Positions 39,977 through 49,257 of a stretch of DNA of 64,000 bases are shown here, piece by piece; within the stretch, counting starts at the first letter, position 1, and each line of letters opens with the position of its first letter. A model generated the notes under the pieces. The model was given only the letters and a program-made list of their open reading frames with translations. It was not told the origin of the DNA and searched no databases. The DNA is taken from the IMG/VR virus record IMGVR_UViG_3300042905_002309, positions 105,278-169,277 of that record. One strand, written 5' to 3'. Made by a program: the position numbers and the translations under genes. This stretch comes from a virus. Lineage: Duplodnaviria; Heunggongvirae; Uroviricota; Caudoviricetes.

Positions 39977-40849
39977 ATGGACAAAAATAATGACGCATTG
40001 GCAGCAGCTTATGGATTAGTATTAGAAAGTAAAGATAGTACTACAGTTGGTAATCTTAAAGTCGGACAAACATTTGATGGTGCCGATAAGAAAGCCAAGG
40101 ACGAAACAACGAAGAATGTAAAGCTAGACAAGCCTGTAGCTGGACCTTCCCAAGGCGACTCAACGGTTGCTGATGGTAAAGGTAAGCCATTGAAGAAGGC
40201 TGAGAAGAAGGTTGAAGAGAATAAGGGAATCCCAACCACATTTGATAAACTTTACGCTTCTGTCTTAAATGAAGAAGAAGGTTTGGGTGATATTGCTCCA
40301 TCAACTGATATCGAAGATTCTTCATTTGATGAAGATACTGGTGACTTTCCAGAAGGCGAACTTGAAGATGAAGAAGGTCTTGGAGAAGAGGGTGCCGAAG
40401 GTTTTGATGCAGTCGCAGCTTTCAGTGAATTAGCAGCCGCTATTCAGGGTATTGCTGACAAACTTGCTGGTAGTTCTCCTATGGGCGAAGAAGGTCTTGG
40501 AGAAGAAGATGAGTTTGGTGCAGAAGGTGGAGAAGAAGGAACCGAAGAGGATTTTGGTGCAGAACCTACCGCTGAAACACCTTTCAAGGAATCCGCATCA
40601 ATTGGTAAAATCCCTGCTCCTACAACCCCAAAGGTTGCTAAGAAGACATCATTTAACCCAAAGATGACAAAGACTCCTAAGAACAGTATTGGTAAGTCTG
40701 GTGCTGGTAAAGCTGGTCTTCCCGCTGGTAAAGATCGTTCAGGAACACTTTCAAAGGCTCCTGCAACCAAGTTTGGCCCTAAGATGAGTCAAACTGTTGG
40801 TGGTGCTGGACCAATCGCCAAGGGTGGTAACGAATCCTTAATTAAGTAA
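39977..40849 (+). CDS. Low-complexity late protein (acidic centre, basic Gly/Lys/Pro tail), possible head internal/scaffold protein
   Basis: TAAATA and AGGAG upstream; VLE^SK near N-terminus; E/G-rich centre. Confidence 0.75.
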   Translation: MDKNNDALAAAYGLVLESKDSTTVGNLKVGQTFDGADKKAKDETTKNVKLDKPVAGPSQGDSTVADGKGKPLKKAEKKVEENKGIPTTFDKLYASVLNEEEGLGDIAPSTDIEDSSFDEDTGDFPEGELEDEEGLGEEGAEGFDAVAAFSELAAAIQGIADKLAGSSPMGEEGLGEEDEFGAEGGEEGTEEDFGAEPTAETPFKESASIGKIPAPTTPKVAKKTSFNPKMTKTPKNSIGKSGAGKAGLPAGKDRSGTLSKAPATKFGPKMSQTVGGAGPIAKGGNESLIK

Positions 40850-40874
40850 AAAACAAATTAAAAACAAATGTTTT

Positions 40875-40902
40875 AAGCCCCACAATAAATGTGGGGTTTT
40901 TT
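40875..40902 (+). terminator. Rho-independent terminator
   Basis: AAGCCCCACA-ATAAA-TGTGGGGTTT followed by T run. Confidence 0.85.
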
Positions 40903-40942
40903 GTTGGTGGAATTCTGACCACACAATGATAAATACTTATAC

Positions 40943-42586
40943 ATGAAAACATTTTCCGAATTTATCAACGAATCAGCCATAGACTTACCAAAAAATAGTC
41001 TCGATCCTACAGTCTTCGATTTCTTTGATGATAGATTACCTGTACTTAAAGCTGGTATTAAATACCAAATAGCCAAAGATGTTGACGTTATCGAAGAAAT
41101 TCTTCATATAAAAAGATTCTATATCGTAGGAAGCATCCTCTCACGTAAATATTCGAAAAATGCCGATATCGATGTTACTGTCGAAGTAGATGAAAGAAAT
41201 ATCGACGAAATGCTAGAAGCTAAAGCTTTTAAACTCGTAGAAAAAATGAACGGTAAATTAGCCGTTGGTACTACACATCCTATTAATTACTACATCTTTG
41301 TAAAAGAAGATGAAGAAATTGAAGAAGGTCGCTTCGAAGGTATCTATGACGTAATCAATGACAAATGGATCAAACAACCTAAAGACTTACAATTTAATAT
41401 CAATAACTACTTAAATAAATTTGAGAACACTGTTTCAAGAGCAGATTTAATGACAGCAAAACTTCGTAGAGATATTATCGACTTTAAAGAGCTAACCACA
41501 TTTTCTAAAGATGAAATTAAAGACTTACACGAATTACTACAGATCAAACTCTATAAGATTAATACTGATATCGAAGCATTGATTGATTTTAAGAAAACAA
41601 TTAAGCGTAAACGTGATGAAGCCTTTAACCGTCCATTAGACCCTGACGAAATTGAGAAATTCCAAACTCGTAATCATCTTCCAGATAATGTCGTATACAA
41701 AATGTTGGAAAAGTATTACTATTGGGATTTTATTCAACGTCTTGAAGCAATCATAGGTGAAGATGCCAAACTCACTGCAAAGGATGTACGTAAAGTATCA
41801 CACGCAGAAAAAGAATTCATGGAAGAAAGTTTTAAAACACCTAAACAAACAGATGAATTTTACCAAGCTAATCTAGTTGTATTTGGTGCTTATATGGCTG
41901 ATACACACGAAGTCATTTTAAAATTAGGATTAAAACAACATTCTCATATGAGTTTACATTTTCCGATCTATAATCAGAATTGTATAATGTTCAGATATTT
42001 ACCTTCTACCCAAACTATTTATTGGTGGTTTAAACGAATGTCACCTAAAGCAGGATTAGTTGCCGCCAAAGAAGCTTTAGAGAAAAAGGGATACAAGGTT
42101 CGAAAACAAGTAGATATGGATGTTGGGAGTGGTTATGAAGACACTCATAATAGAGTTGAGGTTAAAGGTGATTCAGAAGATCGTACACTTATGCCTGAAT
42201 CTTTCAAACACTTTATGTTCTTAGAAGACGCTAAACCTGTTAAAGCTAAAGAGAAAATGAAAGTAGATATGCCAGAAACTCCTACATGGAAGATACGTAG
42301 TAGAGCCGATGGTAAGGTTGTTCCTGAATATAAAAAGGTTGACCCTGCACGAGCAGATTTGAATAATTTTTTGAAACCTTACTTGGCATTAGATTCTTTT
42401 AAACCTGTAAAGTTAGGGTTAGTTAAGCTCGTTGGTGGTAAGACTGTAAATGCTGTAGAGATGCTTATAAATGGATTTCCACCTACTAAACCATTAACTG
42501 ACCAAGAACCTTACAAGTGGTTAGGTAATACTCAGATAATGGTTTACAAAGATGTAGATGGTAATTATTGGATGAAGAAGGGTTAA
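40943..42586 (+). CDS. Pol-beta-superfamily nucleotidyltransferase-domain protein with capsid-targeting-like N-terminus
   Basis: Starts MKTFSEFINE; YIVGSILSRKYSKNADIDV fits GS-x9-DxD; late promoter 7 nt upstream. Confidence 0.75.
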   Translation: MKTFSEFINESAIDLPKNSLDPTVFDFFDDRLPVLKAGIKYQIAKDVDVIEEILHIKRFYIVGSILSRKYSKNADIDVTVEVDERNIDEMLEAKAFKLVEKMNGKLAVGTTHPINYYIFVKEDEEIEEGRFEGIYDVINDKWIKQPKDLQFNINNYLNKFENTVSRADLMTAKLRRDIIDFKELTTFSKDEIKDLHELLQIKLYKINTDIEALIDFKKTIKRKRDEAFNRPLDPDEIEKFQTRNHLPDNVVYKMLEKYYYWDFIQRLEAIIGEDAKLTAKDVRKVSHAEKEFMEESFKTPKQTDEFYQANLVVFGAYMADTHEVILKLGLKQHSHMSLHFPIYNQNCIMFRYLPSTQTIYWWFKRMSPKAGLVAAKEALEKKGYKVRKQVDMDVGSGYEDTHNRVEVKGDSEDRTLMPESFKHFMFLEDAKPVKAKEKMKVDMPETPTWKIRSRADGKVVPEYKKVDPARADLNNFLKPYLALDSFKPVKLGLVKLVGGKTVNAVEMLINGFPPTKPLTDQEPYKWLGNTQIMVYKDVDGNYWMKKG

Positions 42587-42891
42587 GCGTAAACCGATCT
42601 AAGTATTAATGCTTTTCCAAATTTTCTGTGTGGGTGTTTGGCTTCTACATTATCAAAAAAGTTCTGTGTTACTCGATTACGAATATTTTGCATAGTCTTG
42701 TTATTCTCATACACTTCCTCTTTTACTTGCATTAACTTAATCATATCGATTGTTTCACTCATATAATGCTTAATAGCGGGAATCTTAATTTCAATATTAT
42801 CAAAGTCTTTATTATTTTCTGTGCAAAATCTATCTAGTGTATCTATAGCTGATAAAAGAGATATCCAACGTGCTTCTGTTTCTTTATTCAT
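42583..42891 (-). CDS. Hypothetical protein (102 aa)
   Basis: Coupled ORF in leftward operon. Confidence 0.65.
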   Translation of the reverse strand: MNKETEARWISLLSAIDTLDRFCTENNKDFDNIEIKIPAIKHYMSETIDMIKLMQVKEEVYENNKTMQNIRNRVTQNFFDNVEAKHPHRKFGKALILRSVYA

Positions 42892-42892
42892 A

Positions 42893-43315
42893 TTATTTAC
42901 CTTTCGTTTTTAGTTCAATTATTACTTCTTCAAAAAATGGTATTCCTCTTAGTATAATACCTTTCAAGTCGTTCTCACTTGTTATAAAATCATACTCTTT
43001 TATATGTCGTTTGTCAAGGATAATTTTAACATTTTCAATAAAATTACCTCTGGCTATAGGATCATTTATACCACGTTTAATATAATTGTTTACCTCTTGT
43101 TGGAGTAAGAATTTTAATCTACGATAAGGGCCAGATACTTTTAAATACTCTGGTGTATCAAATAAACGTTTGATCTTTCTACAGATAGTACAAAGATAGA
43201 CATTATCTAATTGTTTGCGAGTGGTCACACCGTATTTTTTAAGATTACTACGATATGGTCTATTACGCATGTTAATAGACTTCCCACAGAAATGACATCT
43301 AACTAATTTAGCCAT
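42893..43315 (-). CDS. Hypothetical zinc-finger protein
   Basis: CHFC...CTIC pairs. Confidence 0.7.
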   Translation of the reverse strand: MAKLVRCHFCGKSINMRNRPYRSNLKKYGVTTRKQLDNVYLCTICRKIKRLFDTPEYLKVSGPYRRLKFLLQQEVNNYIKRGINDPIARGNFIENVKIILDKRHIKEYDFITSENDLKGIILRGIPFFEEVIIELKTKGK

Positions 43316-43778
43316 TTTGAACTTTTCCTGTAAAGGCGTTTACAAATCCGTGTAGTGTTGCTAAGATTCGATTATTGTCACAGGTTACATCAGTCTTTTT
43401 AAGTTTCTGTATGATGTTATTGTATGTGTGTTCAAGAATTTTGAAATCGTCCTTAAACTCTTCGGAAGTTTTTTCTTTTTGGTTTAATTCTGTACGGATA
43501 ATCTCTTCCATTGTCTTTTTAAATAACTTCATGAAAGCTTCTAAATCTGTTTGTGATGTACCTACAGTCCCAAGCATAACACCTTTATTATAAGAACTAT
43601 GCGATCCTAATTTAGTCCAATATTCTTCTGCTGGTAAATTAGTTACTTGTAATGGGGTTGGTGTAGTGATATTACTTCTATTACCCGTAATCATTTGGGT
43701 GTGTTTAGTGACATCAGTAATAAAATCTAATGGAAGAATTGGATTATCAGACATGGGTATTAGCTCCAATTTGACCAA
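43308..43778 (-). CDS. Hypothetical protein (156 aa)
   Basis: Coupled ORF. Confidence 0.6.
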   Translation of the reverse strand: MVKLELIPMSDNPILPLDFITDVTKHTQMITGNRSNITTPTPLQVTNLPAEEYWTKLGSHSSYNKGVMLGTVGTSQTDLEAFMKLFKKTMEEIIRTELNQKEKTSEEFKDDFKILEHTYNNIIQKLKKTDVTCDNNRILATLHGFVNAFTGKVQNG

Positions 43779-44160
43779 GTTTTAGTGGTTCTGTGACAAT
43801 AGCGGTAGTAAAATTAAATACGATTAAATTAGGTTGTTGACATGAACTACAGGGGAAGGTATTACGTAAACTTAATCTTACAGGTACAATATTTCTCGTT
43901 TTACAATATGCACAACTCACTTCGACACTTTGTTCTGTATCGGCAAGTTTCTTTTTCAAATCCAACAAAGCTATGGTTTTGATGGTATGACTATGTATCC
44001 AATTATTAGATACTATACCGATTAGAAAAATTAATGCAAAACATACTAAAAATGTTGCAAGATAATGACCTGTCATTAATCCAATACCTAAAGATAGAAT
44101 TAATGCTGGTATAGTTACGTAAGAGAGACTTGTGAGAATTGCTTTTATAATTTGTTTCAT
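43747..44160 (-). CDS. Membrane protein with C-terminal zinc ribbon
   Basis: Two hydrophobic helices followed by CAYC...CSSC. Confidence 0.7.
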   Translation of the reverse strand: MKQIIKAILTSLSYVTIPALILSLGIGLMTGHYLATFLVCFALIFLIGIVSNNWIHSHTIKTIALLDLKKKLADTEQSVEVSCAYCKTRNIVPVRLSLRNTFPCSSCQQPNLIVFNFTTAIVTEPLKLGQIGANTHV

Positions 44161-44195
44161 AGTAACAATTTACCACACTTTTCTAGATTGTCAAG

Positions 44196-44588
44196 TTAAA
44201 TCATCATTGATTCTATATCACTTGAAATTTTCTTGATGGCATTGATACATTGATTAATATATGAAATATCCTTCTTGAGTGTTTCCTTTTGTGCTTTATC
44301 AAGTGTTGCACATGTTTTTAAAGTCTGTTTTAATGTAAAACGAGTTTTAACTAAGGTTTCGTAATTATCCCCAAGTTGATTAACAATTCTATCTAAAGGA
44401 TAAGGAAGAAATTTGGTGTCATGTGACTTACGATTTTCTTCTTCTGGAATAGCATCTGCAACCGATGAAAAAAGATCGTTATGATTACTTTTAGCAGGGC
44501 CAACGGACGCTGCCCCCGATGAGGCAGACTGTCCGAAAGACTTTGACATTTGAAAATCTTCTTTTAATGCTGTTCGGAATTTATTCAT
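44196..44588 (-). CDS. Hypothetical late protein
   Basis: Starts MNKFRTALKE (capsid-targeting-like). Confidence 0.7.
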   Translation of the reverse strand: MNKFRTALKEDFQMSKSFGQSASSGAASVGPAKSNHNDLFSSVADAIPEEENRKSHDTKFLPYPLDRIVNQLGDNYETLVKTRFTLKQTLKTCATLDKAQKETLKKDISYINQCINAIKKISSDIESMMI

Positions 44589-44589
44589 G

Positions 44590-45243
44590 TTATTTCTTTA
44601 TGCCACTTTTCTTTTTGACATCTAATACACACTTTTCGAACTTGCTACCAGCTTTTTTCTTACCACCCGTAGATGCATTACAAACGGCCCAAGGATTCAC
44701 TTTTTTAGCTTCGGTAAAAGGATTCTTCTTTCCTTCTTCTTCATCCTCTTCCGACTCTGATTCATTTTCTTCTGATCCACCTTCTGCGTGTTCAGCTTCT
44801 TCTTCGGCAGGACTTTCAGATTCTTCGTGTTCTACATTTTCCTCGTCGGCAGAACCTTCTTCTTGTCCTTCTTCATTACGTTCAAATCCCTTGATAGCGT
44901 CCACTACATTAACAGGAAGTGTAAAGGTCATACCATTAAATTTGATTTGTAACCCTTCTTCACCCATACATGTTAATTCGACACCATCTGAACCTTCTGA
45001 TTCAATTTCACCAGCTTCACCTACACCATCAGTAGGTTGCATAATATCTTCGGAACCTTCGGCTCCTGCTTCGCCTTCAATGCCCATATCTTTCATAAAA
45101 TCATCTGTGGCCGCATTAAACATATCTTTTGGTTTATCTCCACAAGCATCACATTGTTCAACAGGAGATACTGCATCACTATTTGGTACAGGTATAATCT
45201 TTGCTACTAAAACAGCTTCCATAAATTGGTTAAATTTCTTCAT
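44590..45243 (-). CDS. Acidic late protein with basic C-terminal peptide
   Basis: Starts MKKFNQFME; Glu-rich centre; ends EAKKVNPWAVCNASTGGKKKAGSKFEKCVLDVKK; TAAATA plus GAAAGGA upstream. Confidence 0.8.
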   Translation of the reverse strand: MKKFNQFMEAVLVAKIIPVPNSDAVSPVEQCDACGDKPKDMFNAATDDFMKDMGIEGEAGAEGSEDIMQPTDGVGEAGEIESEGSDGVELTCMGEEGLQIKFNGMTFTLPVNVVDAIKGFERNEEGQEEGSADEENVEHEESESPAEEEAEHAEGGSEENESESEEDEEEGKKNPFTEAKKVNPWAVCNASTGGKKKAGSKFEKCVLDVKKKSGIKK

Positions 45244-45260
45244 ATTGAGTTTCCTTTCAA

Positions 45261-45554
45261 TTATTTAGTACTTTTAATCAACTTATATTCCTTTTCACAT
45301 TCACGATACATTGGTCGCTTAATTGTGTCTACATAAGTTAATAAGCCTTTATTAATACCTTCGATCATATCCTTTTCAGGTATTTCTAAAGCTTTTGGGT
45401 TTTCTTGGTCTAATCTGCACCCCAAAACCTGATATCTCTTTTGGGTTTCATCAAATTTAATCACAGTTAAAAAATATCCTAATAAAAATCCTGATTCAAC
45501 TGCATACACTTTTCTCGTAATATCCTTTTTCTTGAATATATTCAATAATTTCAT
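45261..45554 (-). CDS. Hypothetical protein (97 aa)
   Basis: ORF in leftward operon. Confidence 0.65.
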   Translation of the reverse strand: MKLLNIFKKKDITRKVYAVESGFLLGYFLTVIKFDETQKRYQVLGCRLDQENPKALEIPEKDMIEGINKGLLTYVDTIKRPMYRECEKEYKLIKSTK

Positions 45555-45564
45555 AGTAATCCTA

Positions 45565-46035
45565 TTAAAGGTTCATTGCGCTGGTGTTAGTTCCTACTAC
45601 AGAATCAACTAAATCCGTTTTAGCATCATCTTCGGATTCACCAAGTTCTTCAAGTTCTTTCTTGTAGTAATTTAAGATTTGTGAAGGGGTGGTACGAAAC
45701 CACTTAGCAGTTTCAACATTAGGTATCTCTTTTGGAGTTATATGGAACCCTTCACTCTTTAAGTTTAAATCTGATAAACGCTCACGAGCGAGTTCTTCAA
45801 TCTTTTCAATAAGATTACGCTTAATCTGTGCATAAGGAGTGTGTGCATCAAGATCAGCTTTAAATTCATCCATTCCATACACCTCTTGAATATCCTCTTG
45901 TGTTATAGAAAAATCAATTCTTGCTGGAATAATAAATCTCACCACATTGTTCTCAATTCCGAGAGCTTCTGTAATTGGAGTCTGTTCTCTACAAATATCC
46001 AAATATCGTTCAATTAAACTAATATCTTCACCCAT
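45565..46035 (-). CDS. Hypothetical protein (156 aa)
   Basis: AAGGAG SD, TAAATA upstream; CRE.TPITE^A pattern. Confidence 0.7.
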   Translation of the reverse strand: MGEDISLIERYLDICREQTPITEALGIENNVVRFIIPARIDFSITQEDIQEVYGMDEFKADLDAHTPYAQIKRNLIEKIEELARERLSDLNLKSEGFHITPKEIPNVETAKWFRTTPSQILNYYKKELEELGESEDDAKTDLVDSVVGTNTSAMNL

Positions 46036-46098
46036 ATATTTCTCCTTTGTGTAATATCTTATCAGATTTTAATTATTTATCAACTTTTTATTGAATGT

Positions 46099-46128
46099 TT
46101 GACAAAATGATATAAATAGTTCTATAAT
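46099..46128 (+). promoter_or_regulatory. Nested sigma70 and late promoters upstream of vWA-peptidase gene
   Basis: TTGACA 46099-46104, 18 nt, TATAAT 46123-46128, with TATAAATA at 46111-46118 inside the spacer. Confidence 0.6.
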
Positions 46129-46148
46129 GTGCGTATTAGGAGTAAATT

Positions 46149-48098
46149 ATGACCCTTTCAGAAAAAGATAAAACAAATTTAATGCGATTGTATGAGAATG
46201 TTAACCGTTTCGCTGGTATCGATCCCGCTAAAGCAGCTATTATTAAAGACGCAGAACGCAAAATGGATCAGGCTTATAACCTCGTTGACCAAGTAGACCC
46301 ATTCTATTACAGCACTTTAACCAAAATGCTTCCTGATAATCGTAACATCATGGCTCAATTCGGTATCCAAACTATGCAAACCGATGGTAAACTTCTTTAC
46401 TATAATCCTGTCTTTGTAAATAAATTACCAGTTGATGCAGTATTCACTATTGTAGTACACGAAATTATGCACGTTGCTTTTGGACATCATATCCTTTTTG
46501 CTGATATCGATCCTAAAAATCAAAACTTATGGCATATTGTCAATATCGCTTGTGACTTGTCTATTAATGATCTTTTAAAGAATCGTAGCGGTTTTATCAG
46601 TGGTGGATTAATCTTAGCTGGTCAAGGTACGTATAAAGATTTGCCAAGTGGTTTAGATGCACGACAATATTATGACCTATTAGTTAAAAAGTATTCTGGT
46701 GAGGATAAAAATCAGGAACCCCCACAAGAACCTCAAGATGGTGAAGATGAAGAAGATTCTGGCGACCAAGAAGGTGAACAAGATGGTGGCGATCAGGGTG
46801 GTGACGAAGGTGAAGATGGTGAAGGTGATTCAGAAGGTCAAGAAGGTGGCGAGGAAGGCCAAGAAGACGGTGATGGAAGTGGTGAGGGTGAAGGTGAAGG
46901 TGAACCTTCTGACGGTTCTGGAAGCGGTTCTGGTAAAGGAAAAGGTAAGGGTAAAGGTAGTTCTGGTGGAGCAGGTGGTGGCGAGGGTGATGAAGAGGGT
47001 GTAGAGTCAACGGATATTAATGTACCATCTTTCAAAGACTTCGTAAAACAAGCTGATGCTAATAATAAAGCAGATATCGAAAAGGGTAAAGCAGCTAAAG
47101 GTGCTCCTGCTGAGAAACACCAAGACCAAATTGAAAAAGAATTAGATATTCCTACTAAAGATATTATAGATTATCAAAAAACTGGTGCATTCAAACCTGA
47201 TCCTAATGTTACAGAGAAAAATCAACGTAATGCTATGGCAGAACACGAGAAACAAGTTGAAGAAGAACGTCATGACGCTGAAATGAAAGAAGCTTCCGCA
47301 GCTAAACATGGTGTAAGCTATGGTGATGCTAGAAGTAAATTAGGTGTAGGTGATTGGAAAGAATCTTTGGAGAAGACTACTCAACTTAATTGGAGAGAGA
47401 TTTTACGTGAATTTATTAATACCCCAAGTCCAGAACGTCCAACTTATAATAGACCACCACCAAGATTCGTAGATGAATATGGTAAACAAGGACTTATACC
47501 TCGTGGTATGACAGGTCAAACTATTAAGGAATTAGATTTCCTTGTAGATGTATCTGGTTCTATGCCTGATGCAGTAGTTGCAAAAGTATTCGGGGAAATT
47601 GCAGATATCGGAACTGAGTTAAAAGGTAAATGTAATGTACGCTTATCTACCTTCAATACTCGTATCCAATCTGAAAGAATGTTTACCAATAGTGGTGAAT
47701 CTTTCGAATCTATTCAAGCTTTGGAATCTGGTATGAGAGCTATGTTACCAAGAGATGAAGAACATATGATGCGTTTCGATGAAATGCCTATATCTTTCGC
47801 TAACTTTAAGTTTGTAAAAACTGGTGGTGGAACTGATGTAACGTCTGCTCTTACCGCTACTAAACACTTGAAACCAAGACCAGCTTTGGTAATCGTATTC
47901 ACAGATGGTGACTTTATGGAAAATGAATACGCTAGTTTACGTAGTTTTACTGATGATGGTATGAAAATTGTATTCTTGCTTACTACAGAAGATACTTCTC
48001 ATATCAAAAATAATGCATACTTTGATCCAGTTAAATATAGCATATTCGCAAACGTAGGTACTGTATATAACTTGTTGGATTACTCTGCATATACCTGA
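46149..48098 (+). CDS. Metallopeptidase (DUF2201-type HExxH) plus C-terminal vWA domain protein
   Basis: TMQTDGKLLYYNP, VHEIMHVAFGH, NIACDLSIN; Gly/Glu-rich linker; LNWREILREF; intact MIDAS DVSGSM...GGGTD...FTDG. Confidence 0.9.
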   Translation: MTLSEKDKTNLMRLYENVNRFAGIDPAKAAIIKDAERKMDQAYNLVDQVDPFYYSTLTKMLPDNRNIMAQFGIQTMQTDGKLLYYNPVFVNKLPVDAVFTIVVHEIMHVAFGHHILFADIDPKNQNLWHIVNIACDLSINDLLKNRSGFISGGLILAGQGTYKDLPSGLDARQYYDLLVKKYSGEDKNQEPPQEPQDGEDEEDSGDQEGEQDGGDQGGDEGEDGEGDSEGQEGGEEGQEDGDGSGEGEGEGEPSDGSGSGSGKGKGKGKGSSGGAGGGEGDEEGVESTDINVPSFKDFVKQADANNKADIEKGKAAKGAPAEKHQDQIEKELDIPTKDIIDYQKTGAFKPDPNVTEKNQRNAMAEHEKQVEEERHDAEMKEASAAKHGVSYGDARSKLGVGDWKESLEKTTQLNWREILREFINTPSPERPTYNRPPPRFVDEYGKQGLIPRGMTGQTIKELDFLVDVSGSMPDAVVAKVFGEIADIGTELKGKCNVRLSTFNTRIQSERMFTNSGESFESIQALESGMRAMLPRDEEHMMRFDEMPISFANFKFVKTGGGTDVTSALTATKHLKPRPALVIVFTDGDFMENEYASLRSFTDDGMKIVFLLTTEDTSHIKNNAYFDPVKYSIFANVGTVYNLLDYSAYT

Positions 48099-48108
48099 AA
48101 GGACTAAT

Positions 48109-48891
48109 ATGAATTTATTTGAACAAATGTATAAAGATGTGTTGTTAAATGAGAGTATGATACAAATTCCTTCTAACTCAGAAGTTATATCATTATTGAA
48201 TACTGTTATAGCAGAAGAAAATCAAAGAGAAATTGATAATCATAAAAACGCTTTTGCAACTATGCAAAAAGAATTCCCTAAAGCACCTAAAGATGCTATC
48301 ATTAGAAGACTTCCAAAACCTAAAGTAAATATCTTTGAACCAGATCAACCAGCTTTTATTCTTGAAGCTGTAAAAGCTGCAATAAGAATTTATGAAAAAT
48401 TCTATTCTATTGCATCTAATCCTAACAGCAAGGTCGAAGATTATAAAGTTGCTAAACATCAAATCGCTAAAGATTGGTATCCTATCAGAGGTGAAGCAAA
48501 AGTCGGTGGAAAACAACCAGCATCTATAGCCGTTATTCGCTTATTGAATACTGCATTAGGTTTCAAACATGATGATATCTTTAAAATACCTCTTTACCCT
48601 AATCCAGAAGGTTATATGATGCCACGCTTAGACTTAATCCCTTATGTCATAGCACGTAAAGCTGTTATGGATGCTTTCAAAGCTGGTAAAATTACAGAAG
48701 AACGATCAAAACAAATGATTCGTGACTTATCCAAATTGGTGCGAACTGATGTACAAAACGTTGAGGATGCCGATATCAATAAGTATCATGAAGATCATAA
48801 TACAGAAGCACCTTTAATGAAAACTGAACCTGAGATCGGTCCATCAGAAGTGGCTACAGCATTAAATCAAATTCCTAAACGTTACAAATAA
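48109..48891 (+). CDS. Hypothetical protein (260 aa)
   Basis: AAGGA SD; starts MNLFEQMYKDVLLNE; cotranscribed with vWA-peptidase. Confidence 0.75.
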   Translation: MNLFEQMYKDVLLNESMIQIPSNSEVISLLNTVIAEENQREIDNHKNAFATMQKEFPKAPKDAIIRRLPKPKVNIFEPDQPAFILEAVKAAIRIYEKFYSIASNPNSKVEDYKVAKHQIAKDWYPIRGEAKVGGKQPASIAVIRLLNTALGFKHDDIFKIPLYPNPEGYMMPRLDLIPYVIARKAVMDAFKAGKITEERSKQMIRDLSKLVRTDVQNVEDADINKYHEDHNTEAPLMKTEPEIGPSEVATALNQIPKRYK

Positions 48892-48892
48892 C

Positions 48893-49066
48893 TTAATACG
48901 AATTGAGTAAGATGTCACCATAAGGAGTGTGGAAATGTGGTTCAGTTACACCAAATCCATAATCTATTGACCATCCACACTTCTTTGCATATACTTTATC
49001 TGCCTTGAACTTCTTAGCTATTTTCAAAGCGTATAAATGATATAAAGGTAGTTTGCGCTTCTTCAT
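48893..49066 (-). CDS. Small hypothetical protein (57 aa), not in ORF track
   Basis: MKKRKLPLYHLY...GDILLNSY, open frame ATG to TAA. Confidence 0.5.
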   Translation of the reverse strand: MKKRKLPLYHLYALKIAKKFKADKVYAKKCGWSIDYGFGVTEPHFHTPYGDILLNSY

Positions 49067-49095
49067 AGAATACTACTGTGGATGGTTGATGCATG

Positions 49096-49257
49096 TTAAT
49101 AGCGTCTATTAGGTTTAGCTACTTCATTAAGAATTGCTAAAACTAATAACAAGATAATAAACGGAAAGAATATAGCTATTGCAATCGATAGTGTAATAGC
49201 CATAATAAGAATAAATAATGTCACACCAATAAATTTAGAAATAAATCCGTTTTTCAT
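49096..49257 (-). CDS. Small membrane protein (53 aa), not in ORF track
   Basis: MKNGFISKFIGVTLFILIMAITLSIAIAIFFPFIILLLVLAILNEV...; ATGA overlap with HAD gene. Confidence 0.6.
   Translation of the reverse strand: MKNGFISKFIGVTLFILIMAITLSIAIAIFFPFIILLLVLAILNEVAKPNRRY

Noticed and set aside
44519-45268. 249-aa plus-strand Ser-rich ORF
   Set aside because: Antisense shadow of the Glu-rich gene 44590-45243 (GAA codons read as TTC/TCT); no SD or promoter
46684-47035. Poly-His/Leu and Ser/Pro ORFs on minus strand and an alternative plus-frame ORF
   Set aside because: Alternate-frame readings of the GGT/GAA/GAT-rich linker of the vWA-peptidase gene; low complexity, not independent genes or a true DNA repeat array
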